Both the position numbers and the translations under genes were made by a program. From assembly GCA_002269645.1 (NCBI GenBank), contig NIVC01001036.1:186001-250000 (forward strand): DNA of 64,000 nt, written 5' to 3'. Shown piece by piece: positions 24,601 through 36,430 of this stretch. The DNA is from Macrostomum lignano. Taxonomy: Eukaryota. Positions within the stretch are counted from its first letter, which is position 1. Every line of letters starts with the position of its first letter. The notes below the pieces were generated by a model. The model worked only from the letters and a program-made list of their open reading frames with translations. It ran no database searches and had not been told where the DNA came from.

Positions 24601-25502
24601 AGAAGATTCATGCAAAAAATAAAAGTAGCACTACGAGCGTATGTATACATAAAAGAAAAGTCATGTCGAAGTTAAAAGATTCATTTGGGAATTGCTACGA
24701 TGTCAAAGCTAGGTGGAAATCGTTATAGTGCTGTGATTCTTAAAGAAGGAATCACTAAAATGTCAAGGCTTAGGGGAGAAGAATTGCTGAGATTTCAAGG
24801 CTTTATGTTGGGTTAAAGTTAGGTTTAGGTCAGGTGTGGGTTGAGGGTTATATTTTATCGAGTTTCAAGGTTAGCAGGGGATTTTTCAGATTTCAAGGTT
24901 TATGGGCGCCATCGCTGACATGTTAAGGCTTACGGGGGGAATAGCTGAGATGTCAAGGCTCACGGGGGTATAAATGAGATTTCAAGGCTAAAGTCAGAAG
25001 CTACATGTAGTTTATTGAAAACTTTTTATTACATTATTTGATGCCTCCTCAGGGGAGGGATCGCTGATTAAAAAAGCGTAATGTAAAAAATAAAAGAAGC
25101 TTCATGTCGAAGTTAAGATATTCATTTGGGAATCCCTACGATGTCGAGGCTTGCAGGGAATCGCTATAATGCTGTAGTAGTGCTATAATGACTCTTAGAG
25201 AGAATTACTGAAATTTCAATGCTTTAGGGTTAGGTTAGGGTTAGGGTTAGGGTTGGGGTTAGGCTAGGGTTAGGGTTAGAAGGTTGACAGATATTTTTAG
25301 ATTTCCAAGGCTTATTGGGGGCATGGCTGAGATGTCAAGGGGGGAAGTTGATATGTTAAAGCTTGTGGGGGGGAATTACTGACATGTCAAGGCTTACAAG
25401 GTTTGATAGGAGATTTTTTAAGATTTCAAGGATCCATGTAGCTTATTAAAAAAACGTGTATTGCATTTCTTTGGCTCCCCAACGGGGGGCGTAGATTGCT
25501 AG
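21610..25502 (+). mobile_element. Non-autonomous Helitron H4 (3.89 kb), same family as H3
   Basis: 5' TCTCCAATATACTAAAAATGAAAATC; identical 3' hairpin and CTAG (25499-25502) followed by T; expanded internal satellite; lacks the ~21095-21505 segment of H3. Confidence 0.85.
22225..24400 (+). repeat. Same 22/23-bp minisatellite, expanded inside H4
   Basis: Direct periodicity; about three times longer than in H3. Confidence 0.95.
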
Positions 25503-26102
25503 TCTAATCTACATTTAATCTAATTTAAATCAAATCTACATCTACATCTAATCTAATACACATCTCATCTAATATACGTCTAATCTAATCTACGTCTAAT
25601 GTAATTTAAATCTAATCTAGTCTAATCTACATCTAATCGAATTTGCATCTAATCTAACCTACATTCAATCTAATTTATTCTAATACAATTTTTAATTAAT
25701 TTGAATTCTATCGAACCCACTCTAATCTAGTTAAGTTTAATGTAGATGTCCGCTCGGCCTTAAAACCAAACAGAGACTGAAAGTTGAAAAATATTTATCA
25801 ATGCAATCAACTGTATCGCATATTTTCTGAATTCCTAGAGATTAATTTAAATTTCCAATTGCATGAATTCCTCGCATGCCTTCCAGTTGCCTGGATCCCA
25901 GTATGCTGAGAGTATTAAACTTCATAAAGTTATTTAAAATTTTCAATCAATGAACCTCTGGAATTCTCAATTCTCAGACAGCAAAAAAGTTTGCTTTAAA
26001 AGAATCGGTTTCTGTCAGGATAATAGCAAACACTTTCGATTAAATAAAACAAAGATTAAAATCACTCTGTTAAAAATTATTTAATAGACTCAGATAGTAG
26101 CT

Positions 26103-28539
26103 ATGAGAGCCCTTACAGTTGCAGCTGCAGTCCTTCTGGTAGCAATCTGTGCTCAAGCAGACTGGCGGGTGCCTGAATGCCTGCCTGGCAGCTACATGGA
26201 CTCAAGCAGCCCGCACTACAAGTACTGTCGGCCTTGCCCGCCAGGTCTGTACTCAAATTCTGTCGGAGCGCCGCGCTGTAAAGCCTGCGACTTGAACTTC
26301 GCCATGGCAAGGAAGGAAGGCATGAGCAGGTGTGACTGGTGCTCTGACGGGGCCACCACTGAAAACAGCCGCACCTGCCTCAGTGAGTGACAGCGGAGTA
26401 GGCAAAGAGGGGCCATGACTCCTCCTAGAAACTGACTCGCTAAAACTGATCCTAAGAATGTACCTCCCTAATAATGTCAATTTTAGAATGTACCCCTCCC
26501 TGAGAATGTCTGTTTTACAATGGACCCCTCCCTGAGAATGTCTGTTTTACAATGGACCCCTCCCTGAGAATGTCTGTTTTACAATGGACCCCTCCCTAAT
26601 AATGTCTATTTTTATAATGGACGCCTCCCTAAGAATGTCTATTTTTATAATGGACCCCTCCCTAATAATGTCTATTTTTATAATGGACGCCTCCCTAATA
26701 ATGTCTATTTTAGAATGTACTCCTCCCTTAGACTGTCTATTTTAGAATGTACCCTCCCTTAGAATGTCTATTTTAGAATGTACCCCTCCCTGAGAATGTC
26801 TGTTTTACAATGGACCCCTCCCTAATAATGTCTATTTTTATAATGGACGCCTCCCTAAGAATGTCTATTTTTATAATGGACCCCTCCCTAATAATGTCTA
26901 TTTTTATAATGGACGCCTCCCTAATAATGTCTATTTTAGAATGTACTCCTCCCTTAGACTGTCTATTTTAGAATGTACCCTCCCTTAGAATGTCTATTTT
27001 AGAATGTACCCCTCCCTGAGAATGTCTGTTTTACAATGGACCCCTCCCTAATAATGTCTATTTTTATAATGGACCCCTCCCTAATAATGTCTATTTTTAT
27101 AATGTACCCCTCCCTAAGAATGTCTATTTTAGAATGTACCCCTCCCTTAGACTGTCTATTTTAGAATGTACCCCTCCCTAAGAATGTCTATTTTAGAATG
27201 TACCCCTCCCTAAGGCTGTATTTTAGAATGTACCCCTCCCTAAGAATGTCTATTTTAGAATGTACCCTCCCTTAGAATGTCTATTTTAGAATGTACCCCT
27301 CCCTTAGAATGTCTATTTTAGAATGTACCCCTCCCTTAGACTGTCTATTTTAGAATGTACCCCTCCCTTAGACTGTCTATTTTAGAATGTACCCCTCCCT
27401 TAGACTGTCTGTTTTAGAATGTACCCCTCCCTTAGACTGTCTGTTTTAGAATGTACCCCTCCCTTAGACTGTCTGTTTTAGAATGTACCCCTCCCTTAGA
27501 CTGTCTATTTTAGAATGTACCCCTCCCTAAGAATGTCTATTTTAGAATGTACCCCTCCCTAAGAATGTCTGTTTTAGAATGTACCCCTCCCTTAGACTGT
27601 CTATTTTAGAATGTACCCCTCCCTTAGACTGTCTATTTTAGAATGTACCCCTCCCTTAGACTGTCTATTTTAGAATGTACCCCTTCCTTAGACTGTCTGT
27701 TTTAGAATGTACCCCTCCCTTAGACTGTCTGTTTTAGAATGTACCCCTCCCTTAGACTGTCTGTTTTAGAATGTACCCCTCCCTAAGAATGTCTGTTTTA
27801 GAATGTACCCCTCCCTTAGACTGTCTATTTTAGAATGTACCCCTCCCTAAGAATGTCTGTTTTAGAATGTACCCCTCCCTTCGACTGTCTGTTTTAGAAT
27901 GTACCCCTCCCTAAGAATGTCTGTTTTAGAATGTACCCCTCCCTTAGACTGTCTATTTTAGAATGCACCCCTCCCTTAGAATGTCTATTTTAGAATGTAC
28001 CCCTCCCTTAGACTGTCTATTTTAGAATGCACCCCTCCCTTTGAATTTCTATTTTAGAATGTACCCCTTTCTAAGAATGTCTATAAAAAGATTTAAAATG
28101 TCACAGAATATCCGTGAACACTCCACCAAAAGCCAAACAAACAAAATTTGCTCCAGCCAACACCAGGCTGCTGTGCAACCCAAGCGACCCCGGCAGCGAG
28201 GTGTGCAGGAAGACAACAGACAGACAGTTCAACACATTCGCCACCATTCCGGCCGGCTCCACCGTGCGATACCGACTTGAGCGACCGGCCAAGCTGGCCA
28301 GCATCACATTTCTAAGAAAAAACGACTGCTGCTCGGACGACGTTGAGGACTTGAAGATCACCCTGTCGGACAACAGCTGGTGCACTATCAGCAGGGAGAA
28401 CACTAAACGATGGAGCACTAAGAAGTACGTGCGCATGAATCACTGTACCTCTCGAGACTATATCGAATACTTTGAAGTGAGCACTTGGAAGCGAAGCGGC
28501 AGCGTCACGTTCCGGGAAATCCAGTTTGACAGCTTATAA
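26103..28539 (+). CDS. Secreted protein, ~238 aa: signal peptide, Cys-rich TNFR/GCC2-GCC3-like module, F-type-lectin-like domain; exons 26103-26386 (or 26382) and 28107 (or 28091)-28539
   Basis: Signal peptide MRALTVAAAVLLVAICAQA. Exon 1 has 8 Cys (CLPGSY...CRPCPPGLYSNSVGAPRCKAC). Exon 2 has ITFLRKNDCC, C-x19-C and terminal FREIQF, resembling fucolectin NRxDCC and LCEVEV. Two in-frame donor/acceptor pairings exist. Confidence 0.75.
26450..28085 (+). repeat. 32-bp minisatellite (AGAATGTACCCCTCCCTTAGACTGTCTATTTT) filling the intron
   Basis: Direct periodicity, about 50 units. Confidence 0.96.
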
Positions 28540-28913
28540 TACATTATAATTACCTGAACGGCCAACAGCAACATAACAACTCTTAACAAATATAACTATT
28601 GACGTTGAAAAAACTTGGCGAACGATAATTTTCGAATACGCGGCCAGTTGATTTTGTTGCAACTTTTTTATTATTCTTTAATTCAAGTTTCAAAGCATGC
28701 TACTGTAAGTAGCGATACAAAAATAATTCGGCTACATGCGCTTTATTCGATAGAGAAAACTTAGAACTTTGGCATTGTGACGCATTTTCACGCAATTGAA
28801 ATTTAGAAATAAATAAATATTGATGGCGATTTCCAGTGCAATTATTCACACTACTCATAGTAGAGAAGAAAACAAGTAGACTATTTACTGTTATAAAATA
28901 TCTGGTTAAACGG

Positions 28914-30034
28914 TCAAAGGATCAAGCTGCTGATGGAGTGCTTTAGTCGGGGCTTCTCGTTTGACAGCTCAGTCAGCTGCTGGGGCTGCTGCTGAGGTTG
29001 GGGCTGGGGCTGGAGCAGCTGGTGCTGGTGCTGGTATTGGACCAGGTGCTGCTGATGAACCAGCAGCTGCTGCTGCTGCGATGGCAAAGCGCAGGGCTGA
29101 TGCCGCATCTCCAGCTGGGACTTGCAAACGGTGACCGCGGCGGCTGGCAGGGCGATGCTCGGAGACTGCTGCTGGAGCTGCTCCATCAGTAGGCGCTGCG
29201 AGTCCTCCAGAGCGCGGCTGAGCGCCACAATGTAGTTCTTGGCCAGCATCAGGGTGGCGATCTTTGACAGCTTGCGGACTGATGGTCCGGTCTGCTGCGG
29301 CATCACCGACCTGATTGTTGAAGGCGAGGAGAGTTCAGTTTGGTTCAGTTTGTTCAGTTTTTCAGTTCAGCCAAAAACATGAGATAGACTTTAGATTTGG
29401 CCTTGTCAATAGACTCTGATGAAAAATCTATTGATCTACCAGTCTACCCGCCTATCAATCTACCAGTCTACCCATCTATCAATCTACCAGTCTACCCGCC
29501 TATCAATCTACCAGTCTACCTATCTATCTATCTACCAGTCTACCTATCTATCTATCTACCAGTCTACCCGCCTATCAATCTACCAGTCTACCCGCCTAAC
29601 AATCTACCAGTCTACCCATCTATCAATCTACCAGTCTACCCGCCTATCAATCTACCAGTCTACCCATCTATCAATCCACCAGTCTACAGCAACAAAGACT
29701 CTCCACTTTATCCCCGAGCTTACCTGAGCCCGTCCATAGCCGCATTGAGGTCGTGCATTCGCTGCCTCTCTCGGCTGTTGATCTTCAGCCGCAGGTCCTG
29801 CAGCTCCGAGTCGCTCAGGCCGCGAGCAGCAGCGGCCAAGGCGCCGCCGCGCCGACGACGCCCGCCTGGAGCGACTCCTGCTGATTTCGTCGACTGACTT
29901 CGCGTTCCAGTCGACTTTGCCGCCACCCCAGCGGAGGCGGGCGGAGCCTCAGCTTCGCTGGTGTCTTCCATATCGCTAGGATGCAGAGAGGACAGCTCAG
30001 CCCAGGCCGCCTGACCGCAAGCGCTGTTCGACAT
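28914..30034 (-). CDS. OLIG: Olig-family bHLH transcription factor, 235 aa; exons 30034-29724 and 29310-28914
   Basis: Spliced b[27 protein letters not shown]|[27 protein letters not shown] closely matches Olig2/3 ([26 protein letters not shown]) rather than Beta3. Canonical AG|GTAAGC donor and TCAG|G acceptor, phase 2. Confidence 0.93.
29420..29690 (+). repeat. 24-bp minisatellite (ATCTACCAGTCTACCCGCCTATCA) in the Olig intron
   Basis: Direct periodicity. Confidence 0.93.
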
Positions 30035-30159
30035 TGTTGCGTAGATGAGTCTGGCTCTTAGGATTTGAAAAGATCGAACTGGGATAGCGAAGGCTCAAGC
30101 TGGTGAATTTTGACTCTGTGAGCGAACTCGGATGGCGGGCTTGCCGGGCCTCAGCGGGC

Positions 30160-30250
30160 CCCGTTATTATAACCGTTCCGCGGGTGGGTGGGGAAGGCCT
30201 GAGGCGGTCGGGGGGTTGGGAGGGCTGCCGCCTCTGCTCAGCCAATAGCA
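30160..30250 (-). promoter_or_regulatory. Putative Olig promoter
   Basis: TATA-like TTATAATAA (30172-30164), CCTTCCCCACCC/GACCGCCTC block (30186-30209), CCAAT at 30242-30246; ~130 nt upstream of the ATG. Confidence 0.55.
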
Positions 30251-30579
30251 GATTGAATACCGAATTTTGTTCCCGGCGCTCGGAGCGTGCTCATGTGAAG
30301 CTGGATTTCCTTTTACTCGAACCTGCTTCTAGCAATTCTGGCTAAGCTTGTTTGAGTCGCGCGTGCTCAATCTGAGATGATGAAGGACCAGTGTCCATTT
30401 GTTTAGCATTGCGCAAGATCTGTTTTTAACTTAGTCATTTTGTATTTATTAATATATTTATGTCATTATTATGAAAGTATTTTAATCTCAACAAAGCCGA
30501 CCACCAGACTGAGAGTGCTTTAGAAGGAGTGACAGAGGCCAGGTGTGCGAGTTAGGAGTGCCCACTGGAAGTTCCTGAG

Positions 30580-30878
30580 GGGGGGGCATCACAAACCCGA
30601 AATATCGCAAATCCGAAATATCACAAACCCGAAATATCACACACCCGAAGTATCACAAACCCGAAATATCACACACCCAAAGTATCACAAACCCGAAATA
30701 TCATAACTCTGAAATATCACAATCCCGAAATATTACAAACCCGAAACATCATAACTCCGAAATATCCTAGTGCTAGCAACGCCCAATGTTTTTTTGGTTT
30801 TTAGAATTATGGCATTTGGGGTTAATGATAGGAACTGCTTTCGGAGTTGTGATTTTTTGGGTTTATGATGGCGACCCG
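30580..30878. mobile_element. MITE-like element with 16-bp subterminal repeats (CCCGAAATATCACAAA) inserted in a ~75-bp tandem repeat
   Basis: 30587-30606 CATCACAAACCCGAAATATC matches the reverse complement of 30851-30870 at 17/20. Flanks 30505-30578 and 30880-30985 are copies of one GACTGAGAGTGCT...GGAGTGACAGAG...CCACTGG unit. Confidence 0.55.
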
Positions 30879-31506
30879 TTACTGAGTGACTGAGTGGAGT
30901 GACAGAGGTTAGATGCCTGAGTTATAAGTGTCCACTGGGAGTTTCAGAGTGACTGAGAGTGCTAGAAGGAGTGACAGAGTAGTGACAAAATGAAAGAACT
31001 GATTCAGCCACCGTTTAGAAAGCATTGAAATCTGTTATTTTTTATCAGTTGTGAATCTCGCACAGTGCAGACTTTCGACTTGCTCAACCTTTTGCCTCAT
31101 CATTGAGTAATCTGGAGGCTGAATGAGTCCACAAAACAAAGTTGCGAAACTGCACAGATTCCCTTCTGCATGCTTCATCTTCGTTATCCCATGCTCACCT
31201 GCTGTCATTTGGATTCACAAGTCTGAGAACTCAGTTTAGAACAGACTGCAGACAGGCGGACCGTCTGACTGTTGGGACACATATAATATATATAATATAA
31301 ATCATATATGGCAAAACCAAAACTCCATCGCTGATTCTGGAAACTGATAGTGGGGACTTCCCTCCATCATATTTGAGCCCCACCCCTAACTCACTCGTCT
31401 TAGCAGTATGCAACATGTGCCCGGGATGACAGAGCAGAGGTGAGAGATGAGCCATGCAGCCTAGCTATACATGACCTGGTTTTGATAAAAATTGATCTAA
31501 GTATAA

Positions 31507-33082
31507 CTATAGAAACTTCAAAAACTACAGAAATTTCACAAACTACAGAAACTTCACAAACTACAGAAACTTCACAAACTACAGAAACTTCACAAACTAC
31601 AGAAATTTCACAAACTACAGAAATTTCACAAACTACAGAAACTTCACAAACTATAGAAACTTCACAAACTACACAAACTACAGAAACTTCACAAACTATA
31701 GAAACTTCACAAACTATAGAAACTTCACAAACTACAGAAACTTCACAAACTATAGAAACTTCACAAACTACAGAAACTTCACAAACTATAGAAACTTCAC
31801 AAACCATAGAAACTTCACAAACTACAGAAACTTCACAAACTTCACAAACTTCACAAACTACAGAAACTTCACAAACTACAGAAACTTCACAAACTACAGA
31901 AACTTCACAAACTACAGAAACTTCACAAACTACAGAAACTTCACAAACTACAGAAATTTCACAAACTACAGAAATTTCACAAACTACAGAAACTTCACAA
32001 ACTATAGAAACTTCACAAACTACACAAACTACAGAAACTTCACAAACTATAGAAACTTCACAAACTACAGAAACTTCACAAACTATAGATACTTCACAAA
32101 CTACAGAAACTTCACAAACTATAGAAACTTCACAAACCATAGAAACTTCACAAACTACAGAAACTTCAGAAACTTCACAAACTTCACAAACTACAGAAAC
32201 TTCACAAACTACAGAAACTTCACAAACTACAGAAACTTCACAAACTACAGAAACTTCACAAACTATAGAAACTTCACAAACTACAGAAACTTCACAAACT
32301 ATAGATACTTCACAAACTACAGAAACTTCACAAACTATAGAAACTTCACAAACCATAGAAACTTCACAAACTACAGAAACTTCAGAAACTTCACAAACTT
32401 CACAAACTACAGAAACTTCACAAACTACAGAAACTTCACAAACTACAGAAACTTCACAAACTACAGAAACTTCACAAACTACAGAAACTTCACAAACTAT
32501 AGAAACTTCACAAACTACAGAAACTTCACAAACTATAGAAACTTCACAAACTATAGAAACTTCACAAACTACAGAAACTTCACAAACTACAGAAACTTCA
32601 CAAACTACAGAAACTTCACAAACTACAGAAACTTCACAAACTACAGAAACTTCACAAACTACAGAAACTTCACAAACTACAGAAACTTCACAAACTATAG
32701 AAGCTTCACAAACTATAGAAACTTCACAAACTACAGAAACTTCACAAACTATAGAAACTTCACAAACTATAGAAACTTCACAAACTATAGAAACTTCACA
32801 AACTATAGAAACTTCACAAACTACAGAAACTTCACAAACTATAGAAACTTCACAAACTATAGAAGCTTCACAAACTATAGAAACTTCACAAACTATAGAA
32901 ACTTCACAAACTATAGAAACTTCACAAACTATAGAAACTTCACAAACTATAGAAACTTCACAAACTACAGAAACTTCACAAACTACAGAAACTTCACAAA
33001 CTACAGAAACTTCACAAACTACAGAAACTTCACAAACTTCAGAAACTTCACAAACTACAGAAACTTCACAAACTTCAGAAAC
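31507..33082 (+). repeat. 18-bp minisatellite (AAACTTCAC-AAACTACAG, dimer of 9-mers)
   Basis: Direct periodicity; 9-bp slippage variants. Confidence 0.97.
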
Positions 33083-34191
33083 TAGAAGAAGCGGGCCAGA
33101 TGACCCTTCAAAAGCTAGCCATAACTTATGCTGGCCTCTTTTGTTGGATTCATCGCCGTCTGTCGGGCTCGAAAATTCTTTGAAAACTTTCTCGCTCTAC
33201 CTGCCAGACTGGCTGGATGCGTGCAGTTCCCGTTCATATCTGTGCTCATATCTGTGCTCATGATCTCGCCGCGGATGACCAACTATCTATAAGCCCGCAA
33301 TAATCACAGTCATAACTCTATAGCAATATATGGTTGACTTGTTGACAACGGACTGCTCCAGTTCACCGTACACTACATACATACATCAATAAACCACACA
33401 TTCCACTTGACATGCCAGAGTCTCATAATGTAAAGTAGAGGCAAAACCCGATCATTTGAGTCTGATAATAAGCTTCCGAACTAGACAAAACATTTACGGT
33501 CTCTATGCAGTCAACCGTGTTTACCCTTATATAAGCTATCAATTACCGACATCAATTAAGGCCAGAGACAAGTAGACATACTACATGCTCAACTAGTTGA
33601 GCATCCTATATTTCTCATATTAGTTTTCACTGCCAAGAAGCAGTGGAGGGTATCCCACTTCCCCTATGATCCCGAAAATCAAGGATTGAACACGAACGAA
33701 CAGTTAATAGTTGAGTTGATTGCTAATACTATATAGTTTTCCCAAATATTAGTTGGGATCAGGGCATTCTTCCAGTGTGTGTGGGTGTTGTGGGCGGAGT
33801 TGGCGGGGCATCTAGAATGGGATCCATCTTGACGCACTCAAACTCTGTCACATGTTCGAATCTGTGTTTCGAGCACAGACTGTATTCGGGAGCTGTAATT
33901 AAGCAGTAACTACAGTACGACTAACTCATAACTTTTACTTTTTTAGGTCTGTGAAATTAGAGGCTTGTTCACCAAAAGTTGCAACAAAATTATGTTCTTT
34001 TTTCAACAAGAAACTAAATGAAGTTTTTGACTAAAAATAATAAGGGCTACAATGTTGACAAACGGTGATACTTTTTTCGGCTTTTCATATGATAAGCATG
34101 AAGTCATGTGAGTGAAAATAATCAATGCAAATCTTTGCTCTTTTTTAACTAAGCGAATGGGTGCTACTTCTACGAATTTATGGGCTATCCC

Positions 34192-36088
34192 GGATAGAGT
34201 CAGTAGGTTAGCTTCAGTCAGTAGGATAGAGTCAGTAGGTTAGCTTCAGTCAGTAGGATAGAGTCAGTAGGTTAGCTTCAGTCAGTAGGATAGAGTCAGT
34301 AGGTTAGCTTCAGTCAGTAGGATAGAGTCAGTAGGTTAGCTTCAGTCAGTAGGATAGAGTCAGTAGGTTAGCTTCAGTCAGTAGAATAGAGTCAGTAGGT
34401 TAGCTTCAGTCAGTAGGATAGAGTCAGTAGGTTAGCTTCAGTCAGTAGGATAGAGTCAGTAGGTTAGCTTCAGTCAGTAGGATAGAGTCAGTAGGTTAGC
34501 TTCAGTCAGTAGGATAGAGTCAGTAGGTTAGCTTCAGTCAGTAGGATAGAGTCAGTAGGTTAGCTTCAGTCAGTAGAATAGAGTCAGTAGGTTAGCTTCA
34601 GTCAGTAGGATAGAGTCAGTAGGTTAGCTTCAGTCAGTAGGATAGAGTCAGTAGGTTAGCTTCAGTCAGTAGGATAGAGTCAGTAGGTTAGCTTCAGTCA
34701 GTAGGATAGAGTCAGTAGGTTAGCTTCAGTCAGTAGGATAGAGTCAGTAGGTTAGCTTCAGTCAGTAGGATAGAGTCAGTAGGTTAGCTTCAGTCAGTAG
34801 GATAGAGTCAGTAGGTTAGCTTCAGTCAGTAGGATAGAGTCAGTAGGTTAGCTTCAGTCAGTAGGATAGAGTCAGTAGGATAGAGTCAGTAGGATAGTCA
34901 GTAGAATAGTCAGTAGGATAGAGTCAGTAGGATAGAGTCAGTAGGATAGAGTCAGTAGGATAGAGTCAGTAGGTTAGAGTCAGTAGGATAGAGTCAGTAG
35001 GATAGAGTCAGTAGGATAGAGTCAGTAGGATAGAGTCAGTAGGATAGAGTCAGTAGGATAGAGTCAGTAGGATAGAGTCAGTAGGATAGAGTCAGTAGGA
35101 TAGTCAGTAGGATAGAGTCAGTAGGATAGAGTCAGTAGGATAGAGTCAGTAGGATAGAGTCAGTAGGATAGAGTCAGTAGGATAGTCAGTAGGATAGAGT
35201 CAGTAGGATAGAGTCAGTAGGATAGAGTCAGTAGGATAGAGTCAGTAGGATAGTCAGTAGGATAGAGTCAGTAGGATAGAGTCAGTAGGATAGAGTCAGT
35301 AGGATAGAGTCAGTAGGATAGAGTCAGTAGGATAGAGTCAGTAGGATAGTCAGTAGGATAGAGTCAGTAGGATAGAGTCAGTAGGAAAGAGTCAGTAGGA
35401 TAGAGTCAGTAGGATAGAGTCAGTAGGATAGAGTCAGTAGGATAGAGTCAGTAGGATAGAGTCAGTAGGATAGAGTCAGTAGGATAGAGTCAGTAGGATA
35501 GAGTCAGTAGGATAGAGTCAGTAGGATAGAGTCAGTAGGATAGAGTCAGTAGGATAGAGTCAGTAGGATAGAGTCAGTAGGATAGAGTCAGTAGGATAGT
35601 CAGTAGGATAGAGTCAGTAGGATAGAGTCAGTAGGATAGAGTCAGTAGGATAGAGTCAGTAGGATAGTCAGTAGGATAGAGTCAGTAGGATAGAGTCAGT
35701 AGGATAGAGTCAGTAGGATAGTCAGTAGGATAGAGTCAGTAGGATAGAGTCAGTAGGATAGAGTCAGTAGGATAGAGTCAGTAGGATAGAGTCAGTAGGA
35801 TAGAGTCAGTAGGATAGAGTCAGTAGGATAGAGTCAGTAGGATAGAGTCAGTAGGATAGAGTCAGTAGGATAGAGTCAGTAGGATAGAGTCAGTAGGATA
35901 GAGTCAGTAGGATAGAGTCAGTAGGATAGAGTCAGTAGGATAGAGTCAGTAGGATAGAGTCAGTAGGATAGAGTCAGTAGGATAGAGTCAGTAGGATAGA
36001 GTCAGTAGGATAGAGTCAGTAGGATAGAGTCAGTAGGATAGAGTCAGTAGGATAGAGTCAGTAGGATAGAGTCAGTAGGATAGAGTCA
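34192..36088 (+). repeat. Compound satellite: 32-bp unit (34192-~34865) switching to 14-bp GGATAGAGTCAGTA with 12-bp variants
   Basis: Direct periodicity. Confidence 0.97.
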
Positions 36089-36292
36089 GCACGAGAATGA
36101 ATCCCAGATCTCGCAGTCAGACAGGCGCACTGGCAGTGTTGGCCAGTCACCCCTCTTCATAAATTATTCTCAATCGTTAATTTACAATGTCCCGCTAGCC
36201 ACAAGGCGGGAGTTGCCACCCGTCGAGTTCGGAGCAACTCCACAAGAAAAGAATTTATTTTCATTGTTCAAAATTATTCGGCCAGTTTGCTA

Positions 36293-36430
<138 letters not shown>

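Noticed and set aside
18855-25502. Autonomous Helitron
   Set aside because: No HUH Rep or PIF1 helicase ORF; the short ORFs at 18724-19153 and 21603-21906 are non-coding terminal sequence.
31231-31455. Possible minus-strand exon (HPGHMLHTAKTSELGVGLKYDGGKSPLSVSRISDGVLVLPY)
   Set aside because: Protein-like but no family match, no clear donor and no partner exon.
31440-33263. 607-aa TTETSQ mucin-like ORF (and antisense VCEVSV ORF)
   Set aside because: Product of a stop-free 18-bp (2x9) repeat that is open on both strands; GTG start, no signal peptide, no recognisable unique domain. RNA-seq or proteomic support would overturn this.
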